Source: Paramoeba atlantica (Eukaryota; Protista; Discosea). From it: 64,000 nt of DNA. The notes below the pieces were generated by a model. It searched no databases. It saw only the letters and a list, made by a program, of their open reading frames with translations, and was not told where the DNA came from. Shown piece after piece: positions 35,641 through 49,288 of this stretch (positions are counted from its first letter, which is position 1; every line of letters starts with the position of its first letter). Made by a program: the position numbers and the translations under genes. The stretch is from the NCBI GenBank assembly GCA_977017575.1, contig CDRNVI010000156.1, forward strand, positions 248,001-312,000, read 5' to 3'.

Positions 35641-38018
35641 CTAGTCCTGTTGCCCATCAGAGGGACAATTTTTTTTGAGATGACCAGTTTGGCCACATTT
35701 CCAACATTTTCCACGATCTTTGCTTTTGCTTCGTTCTCCATTTTCACTTTTTTGTCCATTTCGAGCTCGCCCACTGCAATCAAAATGTGAAAATGAGCAA
35801 TCAGAAAGAAAAAAAAGAAAAGAGAAAATATACCGAGGTTTCCTTTCCTTTTCTTGAGAGAGGAACAGAGATGGTTGATTTTCAATCTTTCCTTTTGGAA
35901 TTGAGTTGCGTGCCAATGCTGCATAGCTTCCAGTAATGACCTTGGGTGCAGGAGACGGTGATGGGGCTGATGATGATGCTGATGAAGATGAAGGAGATGG
36001 AGAAGAGGAGGAGGGCGAGGGAGATGGGGAAGGTGAGGGAGAGGAGGAGGAGGAAGAGGAAGAAGAGGAAGAAGAGGAAGAAGAGTTTTTTGGTGGAGAT
36101 GGAGAAGACACAGATATCTTTGGATTTTTCCCTTTCTTACCTTTTTTTTTGGCGGGTTGTGACCGGGCAGGAGCTGGAGCAGGAGATGGTTGAGCAGGAG
36201 ATTCTGGCTTAGCAGGAGATTCTGGTTTAGCGGGAGATTTTGGTTTAGCGGGAGATTTTAATTTCGCAGATTCTGGCTTAGCAGAAGATTCTGGCTTAAC
36301 AAGAGATGGTTTAGCAGGAGGAACAGGAGATTCAGATGCAGGTTTAGCCGGAGATTTGTCTTCTTCTGCAGGTGTTGAGGAAGGAGATCGAGAGCGAGAA
36401 CGAGAACGAGATTTAGATCGCTTTCTGTTTCGCCCACGAGGAGACAAAGATGGCGAAGATGGAGGCTGACCAGAAGGATTGGGAGCTAAAGAAGAGGAAC
36501 TTGATTGCTTCTTCTTCTCATAAATTTTGATGATACACAAGAGCTATAAACAGGTTGTTCAGGAATTAAGCTTTTTCCTACTAAAATCATTTTTGAATTT
36601 AAAATCAAGGAACCTGCCCATGGTCACTCTTGGTCTGATCTCTTCGATCCCGGACCAAAGTTTCATCATAAACATGGTCATTGAAAACACGAAGGAGAGA
36701 GACCTCGCCAATTCGATGAGGATTGGTAATGCTGGAATTACAGATTCAACTCCTGGAATATTCACTTCGCAAGAGTTAAGAAAGAAAAAGGAAACCTAAA
36801 TTCTTGACTGACGAGAATGTGGTCGAGTGCTTCATACTCGTGATTAAAGATATGAGTATAGATTGTGTCTCTTGAATTAGCCAACTGTCCAGTTTTAAAA
36901 GTGTCACTTAACTGATAAATCCCCAATCATTGTTGTTTTCTAAAAAAATAAAGAACCCTCTTTTGAATATTTTGGGTGGACCAGAGTAATACATCCCAAA
37001 TTTTGAGCTTTTGTTCTTTGGGGAGCATCTCCCAAGGCGGCTGTCCGGAGATAATCTGCGTTGTATCACTCTTGAAACAATCGTTCATATCCCCAATCAA
37101 AACCAAAGGCTTTAAAAATGTTTTTTTCAGGAAAAATAAGCAGAACGAGTATTTACATGTCGAAAAATCAATAAACCTGAGCATTTTCTTGCATTTCGTC
37201 AACCAAAATATGACGCAGGGCAACACTCTCAGCAGCTCGGAGAATCAAGCTGCAAGACCTCTCATTTTTAGGAAAAAGATAAATGAAGTGAACTAATTGA
37301 AAGATTAATTGACCTCTTTGCTGATCCCACAGCTTGTTTTTTCTGGTCATGGCGATCTTGAGAGGACACAATAGGCCGTTTGCTCTTCAAATGAACAACC
37401 ATGAAGCATATCACAGTATCCTTGACTTGGATTCGAACTTTGAGAACTGGTCGGGAAAATTTTTTGATTGGAAGAGGCCCTAAGTCTTCAAAATCGATGA
37501 GGGATTCTTTGGGAAAGTCTTCCAAACTTTCGACTGAAAGCTGTTTCCGAAAGGAGAGAGGAGCATGAATATTCACATAATTTTCATTCAAAAAGAAATA
37601 AAATACAAACAATGGGGTATTTTGAAGCGAGAGCAACTACAGGTGAACCGCCAGACGCTCCTTCGCAAATGAGTCGATTTCCGCTCGCTTCATAAACTCC
37701 TGAAAGCTTGATGGCTTTCATCAACTCTTCTGGATGAAAAACCTAAAAATATTTCTTGATGAGAAAGAGGTTGAAGAGAAAAAGAATTTGGGAATAAAAC
37801 CTCTTGAAACCCAATCACATCAGCATCCATCTCCTTCAATTGATCTGCGATCCATTCCGCTTTCTTCCCGGCTTTCTCCTCAGATAACCCTGTTAACAAA
37901 CATCAACAGGAAATCAAGAGACTAAAAATAGGGGAGGAAACAAACCTGGGCGATTATATACAACTGAATTTGGTTTTGCAAGGTTCAACAAATTGAACGT
38001 TCCCACTTTGAACTTCAT
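35641..38018 (-). CDS. Endonuclease/exonuclease/phosphatase (EEP) family protein with a Ser/Pro/RS-rich tail and a C-terminal CCHC zinc knuckle; multi-exon
   Basis: MKFKVGTFNLLNL; DADVIGFQEV; VVHLKSKRP; LIGDMND; YEALDHILVSQE; KSDHGQV; tail with RSKSRSRSRSRSPS and CWKCGQTGHLKKNC. Confidence 0.85.
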
Positions 38019-38257
38019 CTTTTGAGCCTTTCTGTTCTTTCACCAAACCGAAAAGAGAAAAAGAAAAGCGAAAAAGACAAAAAAAAGAAAAAGAAACCCA
38101 AAAAAATAGTGCCCTATTTAAACGTATTTTATTATTGTGGCGAAATTCCGATGAATTCTCATCCAATTCTAGTCCAATTTTTTCGACCGAACTTTTTTTT
38201 TGTTTGGGCGGTTGGGGTGCTGTTTTTGTTTTTGTGATATCTTTGTTGTTCATCGTA

Positions 38258-40946
38258 ATGTTTCAGAAAAAGAAAAAGAAAACAGCAGATATCGACTTGA
38301 GTTTTCAAAAGAAAAATATTACTGATTGGACAGTTCGAGATGTTGGGATGTGGTTAAGGTATTGTAACTTGGACGAATATCAAGAGGCTTTCTTCTTCAA
38401 TGAGGTTTCTCTTTTTCTGACTTCGTTTTTCCTGGAAAAAATTGGATGACAAGACATTTGAAAAGGTTGATGGTGAGATGCTCCTCGACATTGACGACGA
38501 TGATTTAATTGCAATTCCGATTGAAAAGATTGCACATCGAAAAAAAATTCTTCGAAAGATCGGAATCTTAGTCGGGAGGCCTCCTTCCTCTTCGTCCTTT
38601 ACCAGGTCTTTGCCTCTCTTCAATTCCTTTCTCTTTCTTTTTTCAAAAAACTCAAAAAACTATAACCTTGTAGTCGATCAATGAGTTCGATGACTGGCGG
38701 TTTTGCAGCCTTTTCGGATGACGGGACGATGACAGATTGTACTTCTCTTTCTGAGGATAAAGTCCATATTAAATGTGTGTATCATTCTGACATTCGAACG
38801 TTTACTCTTCAACCCCTGGAAACATTTGAAGAATTTGCTCGCAAAATTGAGGTTTCAAAGTTCTCTAATTATCCAATATTTTCTCTTTTCCTGAATATTT
38901 TAATAAAAAGGAAGAGTTTGGGCATCACAAATCAGCAAAATATCAAGATGAAGAGGGAGACCTCTTAACAATTAGGAATACAGAAGATATTAGAGCTGTT
39001 ATTAGAGCCTCAAGGGTATGTACAAAAGAAAATAGATTCTTATTTTTTTTCTGACGTTTCTCTTAGGTTCGAAAAGTTCGATTGATCATTTTTACCCATC
39101 GCAAGAGCAAACATTCAAAAGAGAAAAAGAAGAGAAGGTTTGTTTTTTTCTCCTTTTTTCTCTTCTTCAAGATTCATTTTCAATGAATAAGAGAAACTTC
39201 AAAAAAAAAAAGAAACTCATCCCAATTACCATCCAAAAAACTCTCTCCCCTTGCAGTAGGAGCAAGAAGAAATCTTCGAATTCGTCAGTCACCGAAGAAG
39301 GAGATGTTTTGGAACATTTTGTGGATGCAGTGGCGATTTCCAATCGCAGAGGAATCATCACTTTCTTCAACGCTGCAGCTGAAACGATGTTTGGATGGCC
39401 TCGAGAAGAGGTTATTGGAAAAAATGTTTCAATTTTGATGGTTGAGGCCGTTGGATCTCGCCATAATGCTTACATGAGACGATATCGCAGGTTTTGTCTT
39501 GAACAAATTCTTTCTCTTTTGATTTTGGCTGTTCTTCTAATATTTTAGATATCAAGAGAGGGAAATTCGAAGATTATTGGACAGAATCGCCGTGTACAAG
39601 GGCTTCACCAGAATGGTGAAGTATTTGATCTTTACATCACTCTCTCGGAGTCGAGCAGGAGCTTCACTGCCACGATGAAGCTTATCCCAAAGAAGGGCGC
39701 GGAAGCACCCATTGTTGAACAATTACAGAAAAAAAAGGAGAACACGCTTGAAGGGATTGCGAGCGAATTGAACGCGCTTGAAGAATATCGAGAAAGTATC
39801 ATTGTTGTTGATTCAGAAGGCACAATTCACTATGCAAACAAAATTGCCCATGCTGAGCTAGACTATGAGCCAAAAGGACTTGTGGGTCTTTCTGTGAGCA
39901 CGATTTGTGATGCAATCCGAAGTGAAGATGAGAGCCATGACTTGCTTTTTGACTACCAGGCGAGCAAAGATGATCCAAATCGAACAAGAGAACTGTTAGA
40001 TGATAAAAATCGTCGATGTGTGATTTGTCTAAATTCAAAACGGCAATTCAGAGCTTATGAGGCCGAGTTTTCTGATCTTTCTTATCGGGACCACCAGCTC
40101 TACACGATTCATCTCCGAAAACAAGGGGTGACCTCGAAATCAGCTGTCGCAGCAAGTGCCAGTATTCTAGATATTCAAAGGGATGTGATCAGTAGTCTTG
40201 TGGTTCCTGGCATCATTCTTGACTCTGACTCAATTATTCAAGGAACCAATCTCGCTTTCTCAGAACTCTTTGGTTGGTCATTCAGTGAATTGCTTGGTCG
40301 CTCTGTGAACATGTTAATTCCCCCCGGAGATGTACGTGACAATCATCTCAAATGGATGAAGAATTATGCTCGTACTGGGAGAGGTCGCAGCTCAAATGGA
40401 ACCTCAGAAGTTGTAGGGAAAGGAAGAGAAGTTATTGCAATGAAAAAGAACGAAACTCAAATTCGTGTGCAGCTTTCTGTCTCTGTGATTCAAAATTCTG
40501 ATGAGAAAATCTTTATTGGAATTGTGCAATACCGAGGCGATGTTGAGGCTGGAGGTGCTGGGGATGTGCAAGTTAAATCTCAAATGTTGGATGTCCAAGT
40601 CCAAGTCATCTCTTCGTTAGCGATCCCAGCTTGTATCATCACTGGGGATTCGGTAATTCGAGCCTTTAATCAATCTTGTCAAGATCTCTTTGGCTACAGT
40701 TTGAAGGAAGTTGAGTTTCAAAAGGTAGAGCTTTTAATGCCACCAGGAGAAATTCAGGAGAAACACGAAACTTTTGTCCACAATTTTGTCTCTGGGAAGA
40801 AAAATCCCAGTGAGTCAATTGTAGTTGGAAAAGGAAGAAGGGTTATTGGCCGCCATAAGAATGGCCATAATATCTCAATAATGATCTCTGTGACACAGAG
40901 GCGGGATGGTGATGTCGTCATATTTACAGCAATTTTTACTCCTTAA
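38258..40946 (+). CDS. SAM + PB1 + four PAS domains (three FixL-type heme-PAS); multi-exon
   Basis: SAM: DWTVRDVGMWLRYCNLDEYQEAF...VDGEMLLDIDDDDL...HRKKILRKI. PB1: HIKCVYHSDIRTF...KYQDEEGDLLTI. PAS1: FNAAAETMFGW...SRHNAYMRRY. Further PAS domains lie in ORF 39675-40946. Confidence 0.85.
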
Positions 40947-41078
40947 ATAATAATAATATTTCTTTATTCATTTTGAATGAAAAGAGTTTATTCTTTTTTG
41001 TGGTTCTTTTTTGGATAATGTTAAATAAAAGAAAAGGAAAATTAAATTTGATAAAAAGATTCATCATCATGACTCTTT

Positions 41079-44000
41079 TTAAAATTCATCACTCAAACAG
41101 CCATCATCAGAAGAATCAGAATCAGAAGAATCAGAAGAATCAGAAGAATCAGAATCGCCTTCATTTTCATAAGGATCCAATTCATACTCTCCCATTTTGA
41201 TGTCTTCATCTTCATCTTCTTCATCTTCATCTTCATCTTCATCTTCATCTTCATCTTCATCTTCATCTTCATCTCTCTCTTTCATCTCTTCATCTTGTTT
41301 GGGTTCTTCTTTAGTTTCCTCTGTTTTGAAATCTTTTTTTTCGAACTTCTCTTCCACTTTTTCTTCCGCGTTTCCTCCTTCTGTTCCGTCTTTTGGGTTT
41401 TCACTTTTTTCTTTCTCACAACCAGCTCCCTTCTCTTCTCTTCCCCCATCAGTTTTTTCTTGGTCAATACTTTCTTCCTCTTTTCCTTTTTTTTCTTCCC
41501 CCTTTTCCTCATTTTGTTCTTCAATTTGAGCTGCCTTTTCAACTCTTATGTCCTCTTTCTCTTCTTTTTTTTCTTCTGGTTTCATTTCTCCCTTCTCCTC
41601 GGATTTTTCTTCTCTCTTCTCCTCTGATTTTTCTTCTCTTTTCTCCTCTTCCCTCTCGTTCTCCCTCTCTTCTCTACTCTCACCGAGGCCAGCTGTTTTT
41701 TCAACCTGATCCACCTCAACCTCACCTTTGTCTTCTTTTTCCTTTTTGTCATCCTCTTCTTTCTCCTCTCTTTTTTCTCCCTTTCCTCCTTTCTCATCAT
41801 CATGGTATTTTTTGAGATTCTCAACAAATTTCTCTTCTTTCACAGTCCCGACTGCCGATGGAAATCGTTTCGAATTTCTTGTTTGATCGACAATTTCAAC
41901 AATATCTCCTAGCACAATCGGTTTTGTTCCTTTTTTTTCAAAAACGATCATAATTTCATCTTCGTCATCCACTGGGGCAGGAGGTGGCGTCTTTCTTTTC
42001 GTTTCTTCCGGATGAGATGTGGTATGGATGGGAGCAGCTGTTTCAGTTGACACTCCTGGGGAGATATTCTTTGAAATTGGCCTTGGAGTGGAAGTTGGGG
42101 GGGTTAAATTTGGAGAGATAGGTGTGGGCGTTGAATTTGGGATTGGGGTAAGTGTTGGTACTAGGGGGGATGGTGTGGGTGAGAGAGACGGAAGAGCAGA
42201 GGGAGCTGTTAAAGATGTTGAATGTTGTTGAGTTGCTGGAGAGAGTGATGATGATGGAGATGAAGTTGGCTGTGAGGACGATGGATGAAATTGTGGTGCC
42301 ACTAAAACCTGCGATTGCAGGGGAGACGGGAAAGGTGATGGCAATGGAGGTTGTGATGGGAATTGTGGTTTGGATGTTTGAGAGGATGTTGATGTAGCCG
42401 CAGGCGCAGTTTGCGCACCAATCGGTGCCCAAGAAGGCGGTTCAGAAGTGCCTGAAGAAACAGATGATGGGGATGGAGAAGGAGAAGGAAAAGGAGATGG
42501 GGAAGATTTTTGAAGAAGACCAACAAGTTCTGATTTTTCAATACAACCAGAAAAATCAATTTTCTTCTTTTTCAACTCATTTTTCAGCTCTGAGACTTTC
42601 ATATTTTCAATTGGAACTTCAGCAGAAGAAACAGACGGAGAAGAAGAGTTTTTAGGAAGAGCAGGAACAGAAGGGGAAAAGGAGGGAGACGGGGAGGGGG
42701 AAGGTGAGGGGAGAGAAGAAGGAACAGAGGTCATGACAACAGAAGGGGAAAGATTAGACGCCTGGGAGGAGTGGTGAGCAGGAGGATAAGAAGAGCTTCG
42801 AGAAGAAGAAGAGGAAGATGGTGATGGTGAGGGAGAGAGAGAAGCAACTCTTTTCTCTTCCTTGGCTTTGACGGAGATTGAAGATTGATTGGATAAATTC
42901 ATTTTTTGGTGTTCCATCTTGAGATCCTATTTTAAATGAATAAAAAATTAAGGGATAAAAAGAATCTTAAAAATAAACCTCTTTTGAGTGTGGAGATTCC
43001 TCAGGGCGATCATCATACATAGTCGCATCAAGAGGACAATTCTCCAAGCTTTCGAGGGACTTTTTCATTATTGAATTGGAAGAAGTTTCTTTGACCTGCT
43101 TTATATGGTCATCAACGATCGGAGCAAGCTTTTTGAGAGATTCCTGTGGGGAAAAGAGATCAAAAAGTTGGACTGACAAATTACAAATTACCAAAAAGAA
43201 AATTAAAATTATCTAAACAAACTATCAAAAATAATGAAAATAAATAAATTAATTGTAAAATAGAAGAGAACAATCGAAGTTTGGAGTTTAGAGCTACAAA
43301 GAGGCTCTACCAAGGACACCAAGAAGGAAATACAATGTTGATTTAATGGTTTAACCATGGTGTGGATTGAGGTTTCCAATGATTTTAAATCCTGTAAAAT
43401 AAAAAAGAATAAATTTTTCACCATATTTTTGTGCCCAACTTGTCGAGAATGATATTGAGATGAGAAACCTTAATCAAAATATTGACTGCTTGATCAAACA
43501 TGACAAGCCTCTCTTTCTCTGTGTGCGCATGAATATGTCCTTTGATTCTTGCATAACACCCCGGTCCAGACTCTTCTTTGGCACGAAGAAAACCTGGGAG
43601 CATTTTCTCTTGAATATGAGGCGCAACTACCCGACTGACATCTTTTTGTTGATCTTTTACCGAACTTAAAATAGATTCAAAGAGGTGGCTGAGACGATGA
43701 TTGACATAATCGAGTAGCACAGGCTTCAGTCTCTTTACACGATCTGATTCAACTCCCAATAAGATTACTTCGTTGGCCAAAACTTCAAATGTTCGAAGTA
43801 TATCAGCTTTAAAATGTGCATTGAGATCTTTGAGGATACGAGGGAGATCACTGGAAAAGATACGGTCCCAGAAAACAGAGAAGATGCGATAAACAGGCTC
43901 CGCAAATTCTTCAGGTATGTTGATGACACCCCATGTTGGACTTGAGGAGAGAACACATTAAAAATTAAAATTTGATAAAAAACTGGATTTCTCTTCCACT

Positions 44001-47000
44001 TCTAAAAAATTCTAATCGGAAAATGATCTTTGGTGTTTTTGACTTTAAAGAGTCATACCTTGTGTACACACCATCTCGACGAACCATTGCTCTGTAAGTC
44101 GAAAAGTGAAGACCGCCAGACTTTTTGTCTTTTGAATTGTAAGTTCGACCATAATTTGTTATCAAGGCCATGGCCTATTTTATCTCTAAACTCATTGTGG
44201 AGAAGAAGATACCATATTTTTCAAATGGAAAGATTTGAAGCATTTACTTCAAGAAAGAAATAAATATTCTTGGTAGAGAGATTATCTCTTCAAAAACAAT
44301 CAAGAAAAAAAATTACCTCAGTAGATGCTAAATTGACCCCTTCTCGAATTTTAGGACACAGTTGTCGGTTAATAAGATCATCTAACACCGCTTCCATTCT
44401 CACAACTTTTAATTGTAGAGTCCCCTTCAGTTCTTTGGTTTTTCTTTGAAGAGATTGGAGAATTGATTCTCGAAGAACCTGGCATTGTGTTCCTGGAAAA
44501 TCAAGGTAAGTTGTAGAACGAAAGAAAGATGAAAATGTGCTTTTTCTGACTTCCCCTTTTCTCTCTTTTTTAACCTGAATCACTCAGATAAGTATGGATT
44601 GCAGTTAACACATGCTCAGTGGATTTAAAGGCTCGTTCAACAACATAGTTTCTTCTCCGTTCTGACAGATCCGAAATAAAACGAAGTAAAGCAGGAACTT
44701 CTGTATCTTCAGCATCTTCAAAAGTTTTTGTCTGTCCGTCTCTTTGGAGTTTCCCAATAAGTTTGAGATACTCATAACTTGAAACCGCAAAAACATCAAT
44801 TGAGCCCCCTCCCTCTTCTTCGTCTTCCCCTTCATGCTCTTCTTCTTCCTCTTCAATTTGTGTTCTCAACTCTTCCATTTCAAAATCACTTAACGCAACA
44901 CCAGAACTCTTTCCTGCACTGGCTTTTGCCATCATGATCATTTCTCTCCTCCCTTTTCGAAAATCAATCTCAATTTGAGTTTTTGAAAACGAATTTCGAG
45001 CTCTTGCACAAATTCCGCTCAAAGTCCTCTGATAATTTTCGATCTGAGAGTTCAGCATCCATGATGTTTCAGTTAATTGCGTCACTTCTGGTTCAAGTTC
45101 GCGAATTTGGGCCTCACCTTTCGGGATCAGATCTTCAATGAATTCTTTGATCTCTTCAAAACTTTCACGGATCTCTTGGGATGGAGTGTCATAATTATCA
45201 ATGAGATCAACAATCTTTGCCAAAATAACTGGAGGATGATCTTGGATTGGATGGGTAATTAGCGTTTTTGCGAACATTTTTGTTATAGCTCTAGTTTGGG
45301 AAATCCTCTTTGGGATCTCATCCCAAGTCGTGTACATGAGCCGAACAAGATGCCATATGTTCGACCACGTATCAGCACAGAGCCAGAGGATATCATTGAT
45401 CGAAGAATCTTCTTCAGGAGGGGTCATTGAGGTAGACAGGAATACATGGAATGAGAGGACAAGTTCAAATTGACGACCCAACTGGAGACGAAGAAAGACG
45501 TGAGTAAAACAAAAAGGGGAAAGAGAATGAAAGAAAGATAACCTGTCTCAGAATTGTCGTAATAACTTGCAGATCATTCTCTGGTCTCCAATCCAGATTG
45601 ACAACTGAAAAATCAATCAATTTTCAAGTAATTTCAAAGGCGATTCATATGAAAAGAAAGTAAAACCTTTGGTAAAATCCATCAACTCTTTAACTTGGAC
45701 TGAACTCCTTTTAATCCAACGTTGAAGCTTTACTTCATCCCACTCTACTTCGGAAGGATCCTGGGGTACAACATCGAATTCTTCCTCTTCTTCCACGTCA
45801 CTCATCGAGACACCATCTTCACTATCTTCTTCTTCAGAAGGTCGATTCACCATTGTAGATATCAACTGATGATAATATGTCATCCGTTTGACAACTTCTT
45901 TGTTTAAGTCAACTTCATACGATTTTTCTTGGATTTGATTTTGAGTTTCATATTCATTCGCACGAAATTCTTCCAACTTTTCTTCTAAAGGGCGTACCTA
46001 AATAACAAAAAGATGAATCAATTTTGGTCTTTTTCAATTGATGAGAAGAAAAAAACTCAGCACCTCATCTTCCAAACCAAACGCCCGAACAGTTTCAGAT
46101 ACGCTAATGACATCTGTTTTTGTTGCAATAAAAGCCAAATTCCCCTCCATTTTTCCATCCATCATGAGCTGTCTTCTGAATGTTTCTCCTAATAAATCCT
46201 TGGCAGTTTTATCATCCACAGCTCGAGTAATATTCGCCACAATCCAAACAACTTCACAAGTCTAATTTTAAGGAGAGAAGTAAGGAAAGAGAAAATATCT
46301 ATTGAGCTGTGGAAAAAGGTCTTTTTTTTTCAATGGAAAAATCCACGAAAAAAAAAAGACCTTTTTCCACAACTCATATTTAAAAAGGGGTTTGATTAAG
46401 TAAAGAAATAATAATACTTTCAGATATTCTCGAGCGATTGCATCTCGGGCTGCATTTGAATCTCGAACTCCTGGAAGATCAACAAGTCGAACACCAGTTT
46501 TAAGTGATTCAAATGGCCCCCTCAATTGAACCTTGAAAGAATAATAGGGTAAGAGAAAGGAACAGAGGGACGATATCCAAGAGAGGAATCTCAAAAAACC
46601 TTTTTCACTATTGGCCAAAATGCTTTTTTCTCTGTCCTTCCAGCAAGAACCGCGGCATCGTCACTCGTACTGTCAACATAATTGTCTAGGATTTTTCGAA
46701 AAGTCTTGGGATCCTGTTCACGAATTTTTTTGACTGTTCCGAGATGTCTCGTAATGTCACGCTTGAGAAGAAAGGAATTGTCAATCAAAAAGAATGAGAC
46801 AAAAAAACCAACCAAATTTGAACCTTGTATTTTAGGACTTCATAGGGAGCGCACGATCCATAAACGGTAATGATTTTTGCCATAGAAACTCCTACATCAC
46901 TCTTCGGATCAAATATTCTTTTTGGCTTGCCTTTATCATTGATTGCATCAGAAAGCAAACTTCGGAGTTCCCGATCCCATTCATCTTCTTCTAAAAAATG

Positions 47001-49155
47001 AATATCTGCCTCATAATGATAATCTTCCTCTTTAAAAAAAAAGTCTCGTTAGTCTATGAAAAATAATAAGAAAATAAAGAGAAAAAGTACCAGACTCAAA
47101 TTGGCTCATATCAAGGGCAGATATTTCTGTGACCACTGCTGTACACGCTCTCATCCCTGAGGTGGGGAGGATGTCTTCTTCTCCCAAAATTGAGTTAATG
47201 AGGCTAGAAAAATAAAGTCAATCTTTAAATTAAACCAATAATTCTGCACTCTGAAAGAAATTAACCTCGATTTTCCAGCCCCAGTGTCCCCCAGCACTGC
47301 AATGACTGTTTCAGGCGACATGCAAGTATTAATAACCCTCGACAAATCTTCTTGCCAAGCATCAACTCTCAAAGGGTTATTGATTTGTGTTCGAAAGGTA
47401 TTGAGGTGCTCTTTCATTGAGATTAAAATTTCAGAACAAGTGTTCAACTGCGTCTCCGCACTCTTTTGAGCCAATATATCATCTGCAATTTCTTTCTTCC
47501 GAATAATTTGAGGTGAAGGTGTCGATGAACTTGGCGAGGAAGGCGAAGGAGGTGACCCACAAGCAAAATGGGAAGGGGGGGAAAGAGAACGAGAAGGAGA
47601 TCGAGAAGGTGACGGAGTTCGTGAAGAAGAAGATCGAGTTTGGAAAGACGAATGAAACCCAGAAAAAAATGATGAAGATGGTGAAGTCTGGGATTGCTTG
47701 GATGTTGGCGAGGCTCTAGTTGGTGATGCTTTCTCTGGGGAACTTGTATTTGAAGTTGAAATTGAACTTTCCTGCGGAGATGGGAGTGGAGACTGAGCTG
47801 GAACTGACCCTGAATCTGAAACAACAGTCGAATCTGAACTTGATTTTGATGGGGAGGTGGCAGTTGGAGATTGGTGTGCTAGAGATGAGGGTGGAGAACT
47901 GGAAATTACAGCCAAGGGAGATGATGAAGATGACTCTTTTAGAGTTTGAGGTGGAGGAGGAGTTGGAAGAGAAGAAACCTGAACTGACTTTTGATCATCT
48001 GAGGGAGCTTGTTCAATAATTGGCTCTGGGGGTGAATATGAGACTGGATCTTGAGCTTGTATCGGAATTGAAGAAGAATCACCAATTCCTTCATCCATAG
48101 GAACGGATGAAGTTGGCTCAGGAGAGAGGGATTGAGTTGGGGTCAGTGAGGAGACAACAGGAGCAAGAGTAGAGTCAGGAGAAGGTACAAAGTTATTTTT
48201 GGATGGAGATGAAGCTGGGAGTGAAGCAATTTCTGAAACAACTGATGGAGTTGGAGTTGGTGAAATCGAAGGAGGTGCTGAAGAAGGTGCTGATGTCTCT
48301 AATAGAGTTGGTGAAGGGTTTGTGTGCTCTTGTAAAGTTGCTTGGGGAGCAGGGGTTGGTATTAATTCTGCCTTGATAACCGGAGCAGGTGAAGGTGAGG
48401 GTGAAGATGCGACTGAAGGTGAAATTTCTTTCTTCGGAGATTCCATTTTGATTTTCTTTGGTTCTGGTGTCGCAAATTTTTCTGGCTCTGCTTTTCTTTT
48501 GCGATCATCAAGCTAGAAGACAAAAGATAAGCTCTTGAACTTTTCTTTCACAAAGACGAAAAACTGAAAAGATACTTTTTCAGGCGCCCTTTCAACAATA
48601 TAATTAAATTCAGACTGAGGTTGACGGAAATTGGTTCCAGGCTTCATCTTTCCCCCTCCTCCAAAGGTGATTAGATCTCCCTTCAAAGAATAAGTTAAGT
48701 GAGAGGGAGAAATTCTTTTTGGAAGGAAAAAGTTGTGTCTGAAAGATCAAAAAAAAGAACCTCATTGAGTGAGATGGGTTTGTTTGCAGGAATCCGAATA
48801 TTGTTCACAAACACACCATTCATCGACAAATCACAAATTTGGATGGAACCTGGAGAGACAAATTGGTTCGGACAAAGAAGGAAAAGAGAAAGAAAAGATC
48901 TGAAAATGACCTTCAGAAGATGAAACTCGAGCATGAAGTCGAGATATTGAAGCTTTTACACGTTTTGAATCCAAAACAACCTGACATGTTTGTGGGTTTC
49001 GACCGATCAGAGTTGTCGGCTGTGCCAATCTAAAAGAAAGAATCAGACAAGAAAGGAAAAAAGAGAGAAGAGAGAGAAATCATTTCTACTGACTTGATCA
49101 AACGAGGAATGTCACATGATGGTTGAACAGAAGAAACCAACCGAAACTGAAACAT
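41079..49155 (-). CDS. NUGGC: Large FHA + dynamin-superfamily GTPase of nuclear GTPase SLIP-GC type + SAP/HeH-like motif + acidic tail; multi-exon
   Basis: FHA: TLIGRNPQTC...SISRLHA...DLSMNGVFVN. G1: VLGDTGAGKS, then LPTSGMRACTAVVTEI. G3: LVDLPGVRDSNAAR. G4: FIATKTD. Also VANITRAVDDKTAKDLLGETFRRQLMMDG. Splice ...SKE/DLKMEHQK joins ORF 41079-42917. Confidence 0.8.
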
Positions 49156-49288
49156 CGCCTCATCGAACCCCCCCCAAGACGAACAGACAAAAAAAACACA
49201 AAAAAAACGGGCACTCCCTTCTTGGAAGAGAACTTGATGCACTTTTGTCTTCTCTCTCTCTTTCCTTCTTTCTCTCTTTGGGATCTTG

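Noticed and set aside
35641-38018. Non-LTR retrotransposon (APE endonuclease + CCHC gag-like knuckle)
   Set aside because: No reverse transcriptase, poly-A tail or target-site duplication is seen. The gene has multiple spliceosomal introns and the domain order does not match LINE ORF1/ORF2.
41197-41815. Plus-strand poly-Ser/Phe ORFs and a (TCATCT)n microsatellite
   Set aside because: These are the antisense of the Asp/Glu/Lys-rich C-terminal tail of the NUGGC-like gene.
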